The notes under the pieces: generated by a model
What the model was told of the DNA's origin: nothing
What the model saw: only the letters and a program-made list of their open reading frames with translations
Databases searched by the model: none
Translations under genes and position numbers: made by a program
Assembly (NCBI GenBank): GCA_041891055.1
Contig: CP169074.1
Location: 1,120,001 to 1,184,000, forward strand
DNA length: 64,000 nt
Source: Halorutilales archaeon Cl-col2-1
GTDB lineage: Archaea; Halobacteriota; Halobacteria; Halobacteriales; Afararchaeaceae
Direction: 5' to 3'
Part shown: positions 49,127-58,826 of the stretch, piece by piece
Layout of the letters: the number at the start of each line of letters is the position of its first letter
How positions within the stretch are numbered: the stretch's first letter is position 1

Positions 49127-49735
49127 TCAACCCCACTCGATATGAAAATTTACCTTGTATTGGGACGTATACAGCGTCGAAGCGGATCTGTTTAAGTAGT
49201 AGCTCTGGTCTCTACGAAAAGTATACTTCCCAGGAACTAATCCTGACGTATCCGATTTTATTTTGTATTTTCTCGACACTGTCTCGTTTGGATCTATTGA
49301 AGTCACTGTTTGAATAGTTGTAGCACTATTGTTCACGAGATCAACATTTGACGAGTGCACATATTTCGAGTTCCATAGCAGGAGTTTTCCATCAAGCCCT
49401 CTTTTCGAAACGAGATTATCGAACCATGCAGGAATTCCAAAGATACGCGGTGATTCTGGAGACGCATATACCACTCCAAATGGAGGAACCGGACCGGCTT
49501 TTACGTTCATCTCCCTGTCACCCCTGTTTTTCATGGAAAGTTTGATGACAGCAGGGTCATTTGGAGATATATTGGAATCAACCATATCCGCGTCTATTTT
49601 TAAGTTAGATTCGGGGTTTTGACTTACTTGGAGATCCTCGATAGTATAGTGACTTCCAGATGAGCCTATAAAAAACCAGATAGATATAATAACTGTTATT
49701 ATTACTATTAATAGATGAGTTCTGTTTTTTAACAC
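49127..49735 (-). CDS. Hypothetical membrane-anchored protein in AT-rich islet
   Basis: N-terminal TM; non-acidic, AT-rich codon usage. Confidence 0.6.
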   Translation of the reverse strand: MLKNRTHLLIVIITVIISIWFFIGSSGSHYTIEDLQVSQNPESNLKIDADMVDSNISPNDPAVIKLSMKNRGDREMNVKAGPVPPFGVVYASPESPRIFGIPAWFDNLVSKRGLDGKLLLWNSKYVHSSNVDLVNNSATTIQTVTSIDPNETVSRKYKIKSDTSGLVPGKYTFRRDQSYYLNRSASTLYTSQYKVNFHIEWG

Positions 49736-50348
49736 AGTTTATGGAAGAGTTAGACTAACATTCAATCCGTTAAGGAGTTCTGTTCCAACTGAACCCACAT
49801 CCCAATGAGTCCTCGTAGTCCTATTACTCCCCCTATACCAACGCTTAGGTATTTCAGGAATTTTCTTTTTGTAGCCGGCTCATCTAAATTTAAAATATTA
49901 CCTGTTTTTATATTCGACATATTTCATACTTAAAACTGTAAGGAGTTAATTCTTTTTGTGGTTTACAGACAATTTTAGCACAATAAACAGTATTCAAGTA
50001 TCGCTAGATCTGTCTAAGAAATTTGTAGTTCAAATATATATTGTAATCATACTGAACGACAAAACGAATGTGAATACGAACCTTCTCTATGATCCAGGAT
50101 ACAGAGAATGGCACGGATATATATCCGATTTTCTTCGAAAAGACTGTATTCAAAGTTTGTTTATTTTTGTCCTTTCAGTATCAGTTTGTGTGATGAAAAA
50201 GGATGAATCAAAAACTATCCGTCACTACTGGTGAATATACACGTTCAGACTATAGTTCGGATTTATGAATGAACATCGGATATTTTACGACTGTGATCGG
50301 AATTATCTTCTCTAAAATACTGTCGTAACCGTGGGTCAGAGCTGTCTA

Positions 50349-50792
50349 TTACTGATACTGTTCGAGCTCGGGGATCTCCGAGGCGACGTCCTCGGCGACT
50401 CCGTCGAGGAAGCTCCTTCCCTCGCCAGAGACACGTCTCCCCTCTGCCTCGACTGTCTCGACGTAGCCGGCGTCCTCAAGCTGCTGGAGAGCCGTCCTGA
50501 TTATATTACGGCTTCCCCTCTCGTGGTGAGCGGGTGCGGAGCCGTTGTTCTTGCTCCCTCCGTACTCCTTGCTGAGACGCGAGACGCCTATGGGGCCTTC
50601 TGTGTAGACCTTACGTATGATCGAGGCTGTGCGCGTGTACCACCAGTCGCTCTCCTCGGGAGGAAGCTCCTTGTGCTCTCCAGTCTTAGCGAACTCCGCC
50701 CACTCGGGGGGCTCTACCTCGTCGACGTCCTTGAGTTCCTCGGCGACTCGGGATACCATCTTGTCCCCGGGAACGTCGTATAGAGTGACCAT
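50349..50792 (-). CDS. rps19e: 30S ribosomal protein S19e
   Basis: PEWAEFAKTG..ELPP...WWYTRTASIIRK..GSRNIIRTALQQLE. Confidence 0.97.
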   Translation of the reverse strand: MVTLYDVPGDKMVSRVAEELKDVDEVEPPEWAEFAKTGEHKELPPEESDWWYTRTASIIRKVYTEGPIGVSRLSKEYGGSKNNGSAPAHHERGSRNIIRTALQQLEDAGYVETVEAEGRRVSGEGRSFLDGVAEDVASEIPELEQYQ

Positions 50793-50855
50793 TCTTGTCC
50801 TGAGTTCGTCGAGGAGAGGTTTAACCTTTTTTGTTAGAGACGTCGGAGACGAACC

Positions 50856-51713
50856 ATGGAAGAACGGAAGCTTCTCGACCGTCTCTCGCGCGAACTCGGC
50901 GTAGGAGACGACTGCGCAGTCTTAGAGTTCGGCGGTGACGAGGCTAACGCACTCCTCACCACCGACATGCTCCACCGTAAGACCGACTTCCCCGAGGGAC
51001 TCGAAGCTGAAGTTATGGGCTGGCGCGGGGTCGGCGCGAGTCTGAGTGACGTGGCAGGAATGGGAGGCGATCCAGTCGCGTCGGTTCTCGCAGTCGGCGT
51101 CCCGGGACTCGAAGAGGAGACGGTCGAGGCGATCATAAGGGGCGCGAGAGACGTCTGTGAATCGGTCTCAGCGGAGTACGTCGGAGGCGACCTCGACTCA
51201 CACGACGAGCTCACAGTCACGTCGACAGTTCTCGGTAGAGCTGAGTCGCCCGTGAGACGGTCGGGCGCGGAGGTCGGAGACGCCGTCTGTGTGACAGGAA
51301 AACTCGGTGCGACCGCTCTGGGTCTGCGCCTCTTCGAGGAAGGAGAAAACGAGACGGCGAACGACCTCTTCAGGTTCGAGCCACGTGTCGCGGAAGGTAT
51401 CGAGATCTCCGAGTACGCGACCTCGATGATGGACATAAGCGACGGTCTCTCTGTCTCTCTCCACCAGACCGCGGAGTCGAGCGACGTGGGATTCGTGGTC
51501 GAGTCAGAGAGGATACCACGAGTCGACGGGGTAGATCTGGAGGAAGCCGTCTTCACAGGCGAGGACTTCGAGCTTCTGTTTACGGCTCCGCGCGACAGGC
51601 TCGACGAGATAAGCGCGGAGTTCACGGTGATAGGTGACTGCGTCGACGAGACCGAGGGCGTGAGTATCGACGCCGAGAGACTCGAAAAGAGAGGTTATCA
51701 GCACGGAGACTGA
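50856..51713 (+). CDS. thiL: Thiamine-monophosphate kinase
   Basis: GDDCA, SLSDVAGMGG, GGD, MDISDGL, GEDFELLFT. Confidence 0.93.
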   Translation: MEERKLLDRLSRELGVGDDCAVLEFGGDEANALLTTDMLHRKTDFPEGLEAEVMGWRGVGASLSDVAGMGGDPVASVLAVGVPGLEEETVEAIIRGARDVCESVSAEYVGGDLDSHDELTVTSTVLGRAESPVRRSGAEVGDAVCVTGKLGATALGLRLFEEGENETANDLFRFEPRVAEGIEISEYATSMMDISDGLSVSLHQTAESSDVGFVVESERIPRVDGVDLEEAVFTGEDFELLFTAPRDRLDEISAEFTVIGDCVDETEGVSIDAERLEKRGYQHGD

Positions 51714-51722
51714 TTAACACAT

Positions 51723-52277
51723 ATGACAATAGACGACCTCAACGACGAGATAAGGAGCTGTACGAGATGTGACGACCTCGTTGACAACAGGACACGCCCA
51801 GTTCCGAACCAGGGCGATCCCGACGCAGACATCCTGATCGTGGGCAAGATGGTGGGGTACAGGGACGACGAGAAGGGACTGCCCTACCAGGGCGAGGCGG
51901 GAAAGACTGTCGACTACGTTCTCGATGCCTACGACACGACGCGCGAAGACGTCTTTCTCACCAACCTCACGCGGTGTTATCCGCCCGAGAGCCGTAACCC
52001 GACGAAGGAGGAACTCGACCACTGCGCCGAGTACTTCAACCAGGAGCTTGAGATAGTCGACCCCGACTACATAGTCGCACTCGGGAAGCTCACAGCCGAG
52101 AGACTCCTCGGCAGGGACGTCAAGCTCGAGGACGAACACGGCGAGGTCTACAACTACTCGACACTCACCTTCCAGTCGAAAGTCGTCGTGACCTACAACG
52201 TCGGATCAGTCCAGTACGATCCCACGAAGAGGGACACGATAGTCGAGGACATCGAGCCCGTGTTTGAGAGAGAATAG
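51723..52277 (+). CDS. Family 4 UDG-fold protein with divergent catalytic motifs
   Basis: CTRC, TNLTRCYPP, C101 Fe-S ligands present; GEAPG and HP motifs altered. Confidence 0.8.
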   Translation: MTIDDLNDEIRSCTRCDDLVDNRTRPVPNQGDPDADILIVGKMVGYRDDEKGLPYQGEAGKTVDYVLDAYDTTREDVFLTNLTRCYPPESRNPTKEELDHCAEYFNQELEIVDPDYIVALGKLTAERLLGRDVKLEDEHGEVYNYSTLTFQSKVVVTYNVGSVQYDPTKRDTIVEDIEPVFERE

Positions 52278-52345
52278 ACTGATTCTCTGAGTTCGACACG
52301 AGTCAACACCCATCCTTATGACGTAACACTCCGTAGACAGATCTA

Positions 52346-52642
52346 ATGGCAGAGATAGTCTCGACAGAGGACGTTCTGGGAGGTGCGCCGCGTATCGAGG
52401 GGAGACGTATCGGAGTCCACCATATCGCCAGACGTGTGATCGACGCCGGCGAGTCTCCCGAACAGGTCGCCGCCGACTACGACCTCGCTGTCGCTGACGT
52501 CCACCGGGCTCTCGTCTACTACTACGACAACCCGACCGAGATGCGCGAGGTTCAGGAAGACCGTAGGTCAGTACCTGAGGACTTAGACGTTGTTCATCCC
52601 GAGGATTTCGAAGCCGAGACGGGATCGGAGACTAAGGCGTGA
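52346..52642 (+). CDS. DUF433 antitoxin-like protein
   Basis: VLGGAPRIEGRRIGV...VHRALVYYY. Confidence 0.88.
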   Translation: MAEIVSTEDVLGGAPRIEGRRIGVHHIARRVIDAGESPEQVAADYDLAVADVHRALVYYYDNPTEMREVQEDRRSVPEDLDVVHPEDFEAETGSETKA

Positions 52643-52747
52643 TCGACTCAGTGACCGACGACCTCACACAGACTCTTCTATTCGTTCCTGGCAACTGGCT
52701 TTAGATACTGACCCCCATCTTTTACGCCTCGACTGCGTAGGGGATGT

Positions 52748-53170
52748 ATGTCCTCAGACACAGACTCAGACCCACAGACCGAAGACCTGCCAGAGACAGA
52801 AGACGAGTGGCGCGACCGTCTCACGGAGGAGGAGTACAGGATACTCCGTGAGTCGGGTACCGAGCCGAGTTTCAGCGGCGAGTACGTCGACGAGAAGAGG
52901 GACGGCACCTACGTATGTGCTGGCTGCGGCGCGGAGCTATTCTCGTCCGACGAGAAGTTCGAGTCGGGCACCGGCTGGCCCAGCTTCTGGGACGCTGTCG
53001 ACGACAACATAGAGTTACAGCCCGACCACAGCCTCGGAAGGACGAGGACGGAGGTCGTCTGCGCGAGATGTGGGGGGCATCTCGGACACGTCTTCGACGA
53101 CGGTCCAGACCCGACGGGTAAGAGGTACTGCATAAACTCGGTGGCTCTCGACTTCGAGTCCGAGGAGTAG
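52748..53170 (+). CDS. msrB: Peptide-methionine (R)-S-oxide reductase
   Basis: GTE, GWPSF, HLGHVFDDGP, RYCINS. Confidence 0.97.
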   Translation: MSSDTDSDPQTEDLPETEDEWRDRLTEEEYRILRESGTEPSFSGEYVDEKRDGTYVCAGCGAELFSSDEKFESGTGWPSFWDAVDDNIELQPDHSLGRTRTEVVCARCGGHLGHVFDDGPDPTGKRYCINSVALDFESEE

Positions 53171-53178
53171 CTACATAC

Positions 53179-54462
53179 TTACTCTCCTGACTCGACCTCA
53201 GCGCCGAGCGACCCCATGGCTTCGACGAAGTCGGGGTACGAGACAGAGACGCTCTCGGCGGTGTCGACTACTGTCTCTCCGTCAGCGACGAGTCCCGCGA
53301 GGCTGAGTGCCATGACTATACGGTGGTCGTGGTGTCCCGAGACGTCGGCTCCTCTCAGATCCGTCGCGTCGCCGTCTACGACGAGGTAGTCTTGACCCTC
53401 CTCTATCTCAGCGCCGAGCTTTCGGAGCTCCTCGGTGATTACGGCGAGTCTGTCGGTCTCCTTGTATCTCAGGTGTTCGGCGTCGTAGATACGTGTCTCT
53501 CCCTGAGCTACGGCTCCGAGTACAGCCACAGTAGGGACGAGGTCGGGCGAGTCAGAGGCGTCGAACTCAGTGCCCGAAAGATCGCCTGACGCGACCCTCA
53601 CGACTCCCTCCTCGGTGTCCCAGTCGACGTCGGCTCCCATTCTGTCAAGGACGTCGAGTATCACCGAGTCGCCCTGTGGTCCCGGGAAGAGGTTCTCGAC
53701 TTCGACCTCACCGCCCGCTATGGCTCCCGCCGCGAGGGGATACGACGCGCTCGAGAAGTCACCCGGGACTCGGAACTCGCCCAGGTCGTAGGTCTGGTCT
53801 CCCTCGACGTCGAAGCCGGCTTGAGTCTCTTCGTAATCTATTCCGGCTTCGTCGAGGACTTCGAGTGTTATGTCGACGTAGGGTCTACTCCTGAGTTCGT
53901 TCTCTATCTCGATATCTACGCCGTCGGGAGTCAAGGGCGCGGCGAAGAGGAGTGACGATATGAACTGGGACGAGACAGTGCCGTCTATCGACGTTTCACG
54001 TCGGTCTATGCTCCCGTCGACGACGAGGGGTGCACAGCCGTTCCGTCTCGTAGAGAAGGCGTCTGGACCGAGCTCTGAGACCGACTTGAGAAGAGGGTCG
54101 TTGGGACGTGACCTCAGGCTGCGGTCTCCCGTGAGAACCGTCGTGTCGTCGGTGACTGCGGCGGTTCCCGTGAAGAGACGGAGCGTAGTCCCCGAGTTTC
54201 CACAGTCGAGGACGTCGTCGGGAGTCTCAGGCGAACACGACACCCCGTCGACGGAGAGGCTACCGTCGTCCTCGTCTTCGACCTTGGCTCCGAAGCCCTC
54301 GGCACACCGTATGCTAGCCCTTACGTCGGCACTCATCAGGGGGTCGAGTACACGCGCTTCGTCGGAGAGAGATCCTGCGAGCACGGCACGGTGGGAGTAG
54401 CTCTTGCTCGGAGGTGCTGAGACACGTCCCGAGACTTCTGAGGGAGAGACTCTGATCTTCAT
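53179..54462 (-). CDS. aroA: 3-phosphoshikimate 1-carboxyvinyltransferase
   Basis: PPSKSYSHR, GNSGTTLR, SSQFISS, KETDR, DHRIVMA. Confidence 0.97.
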   Translation of the reverse strand: MKIRVSPSEVSGRVSAPPSKSYSHRAVLAGSLSDEARVLDPLMSADVRASIRCAEGFGAKVEDEDDGSLSVDGVSCSPETPDDVLDCGNSGTTLRLFTGTAAVTDDTTVLTGDRSLRSRPNDPLLKSVSELGPDAFSTRRNGCAPLVVDGSIDRRETSIDGTVSSQFISSLLFAAPLTPDGVDIEIENELRSRPYVDITLEVLDEAGIDYEETQAGFDVEGDQTYDLGEFRVPGDFSSASYPLAAGAIAGGEVEVENLFPGPQGDSVILDVLDRMGADVDWDTEEGVVRVASGDLSGTEFDASDSPDLVPTVAVLGAVAQGETRIYDAEHLRYKETDRLAVITEELRKLGAEIEEGQDYLVVDGDATDLRGADVSGHHDHRIVMALSLAGLVADGETVVDTAESVSVSYPDFVEAMGSLGAEVESGE

Positions 54463-54573
54463 ACCCCGACTTCGTGGGATACGTCTTTGAATCTGTCGCT
54501 GTCGGCTGTCGGAGATGCCGAGAGGTCGACTCAGAGAGGAACGCAGATATACCTCGGGAACCTACGGCGTGTG

Positions 54574-54957
54574 ATGGAGTCAGACGACTCAGCGCCGAGA
54601 CACGTCGAGGGAAGATGTGACCTCGGTGACTGCGACAGCTTAGCCACGCGTGCGTACGTCGACTCCGACGGCGAGATATACATAGAGGTCTGTCCGAGCC
54701 ACGGAGAAAGCTTAGAGTCGGAGTTCGACTCCGACTACGACGAGGTCGAACGTGACAGTCCGTACCGCGACGAACCCGAGAGACACGAGTCACACGCGTG
54801 TGGAGGTCAAGTTGAGATACACGAGACTCCCGACGGCTACGAGTACCGAGTCTGCGACTCGTGTGACTACGCGCTTCTGATAGACGACTCGGGCGAAGGA
54901 GACGGAAACGGAGAAGGCGGCGGGATGGAGGTCGAGTACGTCGATCGCCGAACGTAA
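54574..54957 (+). CDS. Acidic hypothetical protein with two putative Zn-binding motifs
   Basis: CDLGDC..CPSH and HACGG..CDSCD; start at ATG 54574 (or GTG 54571). Confidence 0.6.
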   Translation: MESDDSAPRHVEGRCDLGDCDSLATRAYVDSDGEIYIEVCPSHGESLESEFDSDYDEVERDSPYRDEPERHESHACGGQVEIHETPDGYEYRVCDSCDYALLIDDSGEGDGNGEGGGMEVEYVDRRT

Positions 54958-54995
54958 CCACAACTGCTTTCGGCTCTCGACACGCCTTACGACTA

Positions 54996-56768
54996 ATGAG
55001 CGACAGCGATCTTATTGCCGTGGTCGACGACGAGAAATGCAACCCCGACAAATGCGACCACGAGTGTGTCAACTTCGATCCCCTCAACAGGTCTCCGACG
55101 GGACCCGAGGGTTTCCACATAGACGAGGAGGTCGGAAAGGCACGTATCTCCGAGCAGGCGGTCATGGAGGGACACACGATCTCGGCGAAGAAATGCCCCT
55201 TCGACGCGATACAGCTTGTCAACCTCAAGAAAGAAACAGGCGAGAAGCTCCACCAGTACGGCGAGAACCAGTTCCGTCTCTACGGTCTTCCCGCGCCACA
55301 GGAGGGCGAGGTCGTGGGTCTCCTCGGTAGGAACGGCATAGGTAAGTCGACCGCCCTAAGGATACTCTCGGGTGATCTCAAGCCCAACCTCGGAAGATAC
55401 GACGAGGATGTGGACTGGGACGAGATCACTACAGAGCACCGGGGCACGTCTTTACAGACCTACTTCGAGAGACTCGCAGAAGACGACATAACCGCGTCGT
55501 TCAAGATACAGAGGGTAGACGACATAAAGAAGTCTTTCACCGGAGAAGTGGGTGAACTCCTCGACCAACTCGACGAGGGGGGAAACGTCGACAGTCTCGT
55601 GGACGCTCTCGACATGGAGTCGTTCGTCGGAAACCGGGTGAGCGACCTCTCGGGCGGAGAGCTACAGAGGGTCGCAGTCGCGGGCTGTCTCGTACGTGAC
55701 GCCGACGTATACCTGATAGACGAGCCGTCGTCGTTCCTCGACGTCGAACAGCGTCTCAACGTCGCACGTGCGATACGTGACGAGACAGACGACAGGTACT
55801 GTGTGGTCGTAGAACACGACCTCGCGACACTCGACCTACTCGCCGATATCGTCCACGTCGTCCACGGAGAGCCCGGGGCATACGGTATGGTCTCGAACGC
55901 TATGACCTCGCGAGTAGGTATCAACCAGTACCTCGAAGGCTACCTCAAGAGCCACAACCTGCGTATAAGGAGCGACTCGATAAACTTCGCGGGAGGTACG
56001 GGGAGCAAGATGAGGGGCGACGTCCTGATGGAGTATCCCGGGTTCGAGAAGTCGTTCGACTCTTTCTCTCTCGACGTAGACGCGGGCGAGGTACACGAGT
56101 CAGAGGTTCTGGGTATAGTCGGACAGAACGCCATGGGTAAGACGACCTTCGCGAAGATGCTCGCGGGCGAACTCGAACCCGACAACACCGACTTCGAGTC
56201 TCCGGTTCCGATCTCGTACAAGCCCCAGCATATATCCGCGCCAAAGGGGACAGTCAGGTTCGCTCTGTCACAGGTCGCCGACATAAGCTCGACGTCGTTC
56301 CAGACACGTGTCGAGAAGCCTCTCGACCTCAAGGAGCTTTATGACAGAGACCCCGAAGACCTCTCGGGTGGAGAGTTACAGAGGGTCGGAATCGCGGCGT
56401 GTCTCGGAAGGGACGCGAGCCTACATCTCTTAGATGAGCCCTCCGCGTATCTCGACGTCGAGACACGTGTCAGCCTCGCGAAGAGCCTCAGACGTTTCGC
56501 ACGTGACACCGAGCGTCCGGTCGTCGTGATAGACCACGACCTCGTCTTCCTCGACTACATCAGCGACCGCGTGATGGTCTTCGAGGGCGAGTCAGGGGTC
56601 GAGGGACACGGAAGACAGCCCGAGAAGGTCAAGGATGGCTTCAACCGTTTCCTCAAGCAGGTCGACATCACCTTCCGGAAAGACCCCGACACCGGAAGAC
56701 CCCGAGCGAACAAGCCCGAGAGCCAGAAGGACAAGACACAGAGGAAGGAGAACGAGTACTACGCGTAA
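54996..56768 (+). CDS. rli1: Ribosome recycling ATPase ABCE1/Rli1
   Basis: N-terminal Fe-S region, FRLYGLP, two ABC domains (GRNGIGKS, LSGGELQR), ITFRKD..GRPRANK. Confidence 0.93.
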   Translation: MSDSDLIAVVDDEKCNPDKCDHECVNFDPLNRSPTGPEGFHIDEEVGKARISEQAVMEGHTISAKKCPFDAIQLVNLKKETGEKLHQYGENQFRLYGLPAPQEGEVVGLLGRNGIGKSTALRILSGDLKPNLGRYDEDVDWDEITTEHRGTSLQTYFERLAEDDITASFKIQRVDDIKKSFTGEVGELLDQLDEGGNVDSLVDALDMESFVGNRVSDLSGGELQRVAVAGCLVRDADVYLIDEPSSFLDVEQRLNVARAIRDETDDRYCVVVEHDLATLDLLADIVHVVHGEPGAYGMVSNAMTSRVGINQYLEGYLKSHNLRIRSDSINFAGGTGSKMRGDVLMEYPGFEKSFDSFSLDVDAGEVHESEVLGIVGQNAMGKTTFAKMLAGELEPDNTDFESPVPISYKPQHISAPKGTVRFALSQVADISSTSFQTRVEKPLDLKELYDRDPEDLSGGELQRVGIAACLGRDASLHLLDEPSAYLDVETRVSLAKSLRRFARDTERPVVVIDHDLVFLDYISDRVMVFEGESGVEGHGRQPEKVKDGFNRFLKQVDITFRKDPDTGRPRANKPESQKDKTQRKENEYYA

Positions 56769-57003
56769 GGTCAGTCACGCATCCTTCACGTAGCCAGCAT
56801 AAACTGGTCATATACCCAGTTAAACTCCCTAAACTACCTTAGACATAAATATAATAAAAGTAAATTTAGTCTGCGTGCTATTCTGATGCATGGATCTGAA
56901 CGTGCAGAAACTTTATGTAGGTAGAGGTGCAAGGTTAGAACGCGTAGGAGTTACTCATACGTAAGTCGAACAGTCAGACAGATACCCCAGATACAGACAA
57001 GAT

Positions 57004-57183
57004 ATGTTGAGCAAGATAATCTCAGAACCCGAAGACTGTGAAGAGTGTGACCTCAAAGCCGAAAACAGGGTCATACTCGACGGCGGCACCGAGAAGCTTC
57101 TCTGTGGGACTCACGCTGATGAGATCATGGAGAACCGACCCATGGAGATAAAGATGATACAGGACGTCTCTATCTGGGGCTGA
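57004..57183 (+). CDS. 59-aa small zinc-finger-like protein, absent from ORF track
   Basis: MLSKIISEPEDCEECDLKAENRVILDGGTEKLLCGTHADEIMENRPMEIKMIQDVSIWG; CxxC...CxxH; upstream TATA-like TTTATGTA. Confidence 0.6.
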   Translation: MLSKIISEPEDCEECDLKAENRVILDGGTEKLLCGTHADEIMENRPMEIKMIQDVSIWG

Positions 57184-58189
57184 CTCGCGTCTCTTCTACG
57201 ACTCCCTCGACGGTCTCCGAGAGCCATCCCTCCTCGACGTACCTGTCGTAGACGGGGAGTCTCTCTACGAGTTCGACACCAGCCTCGTCGGCGACTTCTT
57301 CTAGTTCTCTTACCGCAGGCCAGTCGTAGTCGGGATTTATGTAGTCGTCCGTCACAGGAGAGACTCCTCCTAAGTCGCCCGCACCCGCCTCGACGAGTGA
57401 GGCGAGTCTCTGGGTTCCCGATAAGTTAGGAGGAACCTGAACCTCGACGTCGTCGGGGAGTCCGTACCGCGCCATAGCGACGACACGTCTCATCTCTTCG
57501 AGAGAGGGTCTCGCGTACTCCGACCTCTCGTTGGGGACGACGTTCTGGACTATGACCTCCTGTATATGTCGGTGTCTCTCGTGGAGCCGTCGTATCTCAA
57601 GTATCGACTCCGCCCTGTCACGCCAAGTCTCTCCTATTCCGACGAGTATCCCGGTCGTGAACGGAACTCCCGCCTTACCGGCGTCGTCTATCGCCTGTAT
57701 ACGTCTCTCGGGCTTCTTCGTCTCGAATCCAGCGTGGGCGTCGACCTCAGCCGTGGTTTCGAGCATCAGTCCCATAGACGCGTTTACCTCGCTCAGACGC
57801 CGAATCTCGTCTAGTTCGAGTACACCCGGGTTCGAGTGAGGCAGAACACCCATCTCGAGTGCCGTCTCACACGTCTCGTAGAGGTAGTCTAAGACTGTGT
57901 CGTGTCCCATCGCGTCGAGTCTCTCGTCTATATCCGGATAGACCTCGGGACGTGTCCCGAACGAGAAGAGAGCCTCCGTACATCCCGTCTCCTCAGCAGT
58001 TTCGAGAGTCTCCTCGACCTCTTCCCACGACATAATCTCGGCGTTCCCGGCTTCATCGTAGAAGGCACAGTAGTCACACGCGTTCTTACACGCCGTCGTT
58101 AGGGGAAGGAAGACGTTACGCGCGAAAGAGACCTCGTCGGGCTTGTCGACGTCTTCGGGGTCGACTTCTAAGAGATCGTCAGCCTCCAT
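57170..58189 (-). CDS. cofG: FO synthase subunit CofG (radical SAM)
   Basis: PLTTACKNACDYC, PHSNPG, SMGLMLET, FTTGILVGIGE, GGVSPVT. Confidence 0.94.
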   Translation of the reverse strand: MEADDLLEVDPEDVDKPDEVSFARNVFLPLTTACKNACDYCAFYDEAGNAEIMSWEEVEETLETAEETGCTEALFSFGTRPEVYPDIDERLDAMGHDTVLDYLYETCETALEMGVLPHSNPGVLELDEIRRLSEVNASMGLMLETTAEVDAHAGFETKKPERRIQAIDDAGKAGVPFTTGILVGIGETWRDRAESILEIRRLHERHRHIQEVIVQNVVPNERSEYARPSLEEMRRVVAMARYGLPDDVEVQVPPNLSGTQRLASLVEAGAGDLGGVSPVTDDYINPDYDWPAVRELEEVADEAGVELVERLPVYDRYVEEGWLSETVEGVVEETRVSPR

Positions 58190-58823
58190 CGTCGAGCCTC
58201 CTGAGGTCGACGCGTCTCTCGTCGTTCTCGACGACTTCGAACCTCTCGGCGATGTAGTCGTGCGACATCGCTTCGCCGTGGAGGAGAACCTCTATGAGGT
58301 CGTCGGGTTCGTCTACGTCGGTCGAGAGACGGAACGAGTCTACGGTAGATGTATCGATTCCACGTGACCTCGCGGTTTCGAGATGGTCGGTGTAGCTAGT
58401 CCCGTGGTAGTCGACCTCGAACTCAGACGTCCACGAGACGAATGCGTTCGTCCCTCCGTTTCTCCCGGGGGCTAAAGACAGATCCGTGTCGCCTCCCCTC
58501 TCCACGAGACGCCGCACAGAGTCAGGTGTAGCTATACAGACGTCCGACATCACGACACCGACGGGAGCCTCGTCGAGGACGGAGTTTACTGCGGGGGTCA
58601 ACGGTTCGGGACAGATACGTGTCTCGTAGCCGAGGTCGAAGCCGGGGTCGTATCCGTCGAGTCGGTGAGTCGTGAGTACGACGGGGTCGTGTCCCGACTC
58701 TTCGACAGCCGAGTAGACGTCGTCGAGCATACAGAAGCTAAACTCGACCCTCTCGTCGGGAGACAGGAGGCGTGAGAGACGTGTCTTCGGGCTCTCGGGC
58801 TTGAACGGGATGTAGAAGAGCAT
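58179..58823 (-). CDS. cofC: 2-phospho-L-lactate guanylyltransferase
   Basis: PFK...KTRLS..L, MLDDV, GGTNA, DVDEPDDL; upstream of cofG. Confidence 0.9.
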   Translation of the reverse strand: MLFYIPFKPESPKTRLSRLLSPDERVEFSFCMLDDVYSAVEESGHDPVVLTTHRLDGYDPGFDLGYETRICPEPLTPAVNSVLDEAPVGVVMSDVCIATPDSVRRLVERGGDTDLSLAPGRNGGTNAFVSWTSEFEVDYHGTSYTDHLETARSRGIDTSTVDSFRLSTDVDEPDDLIEVLLHGEAMSHDYIAERFEVVENDERRVDLRRLDDGG

Positions 58824-58826
58824 CGA

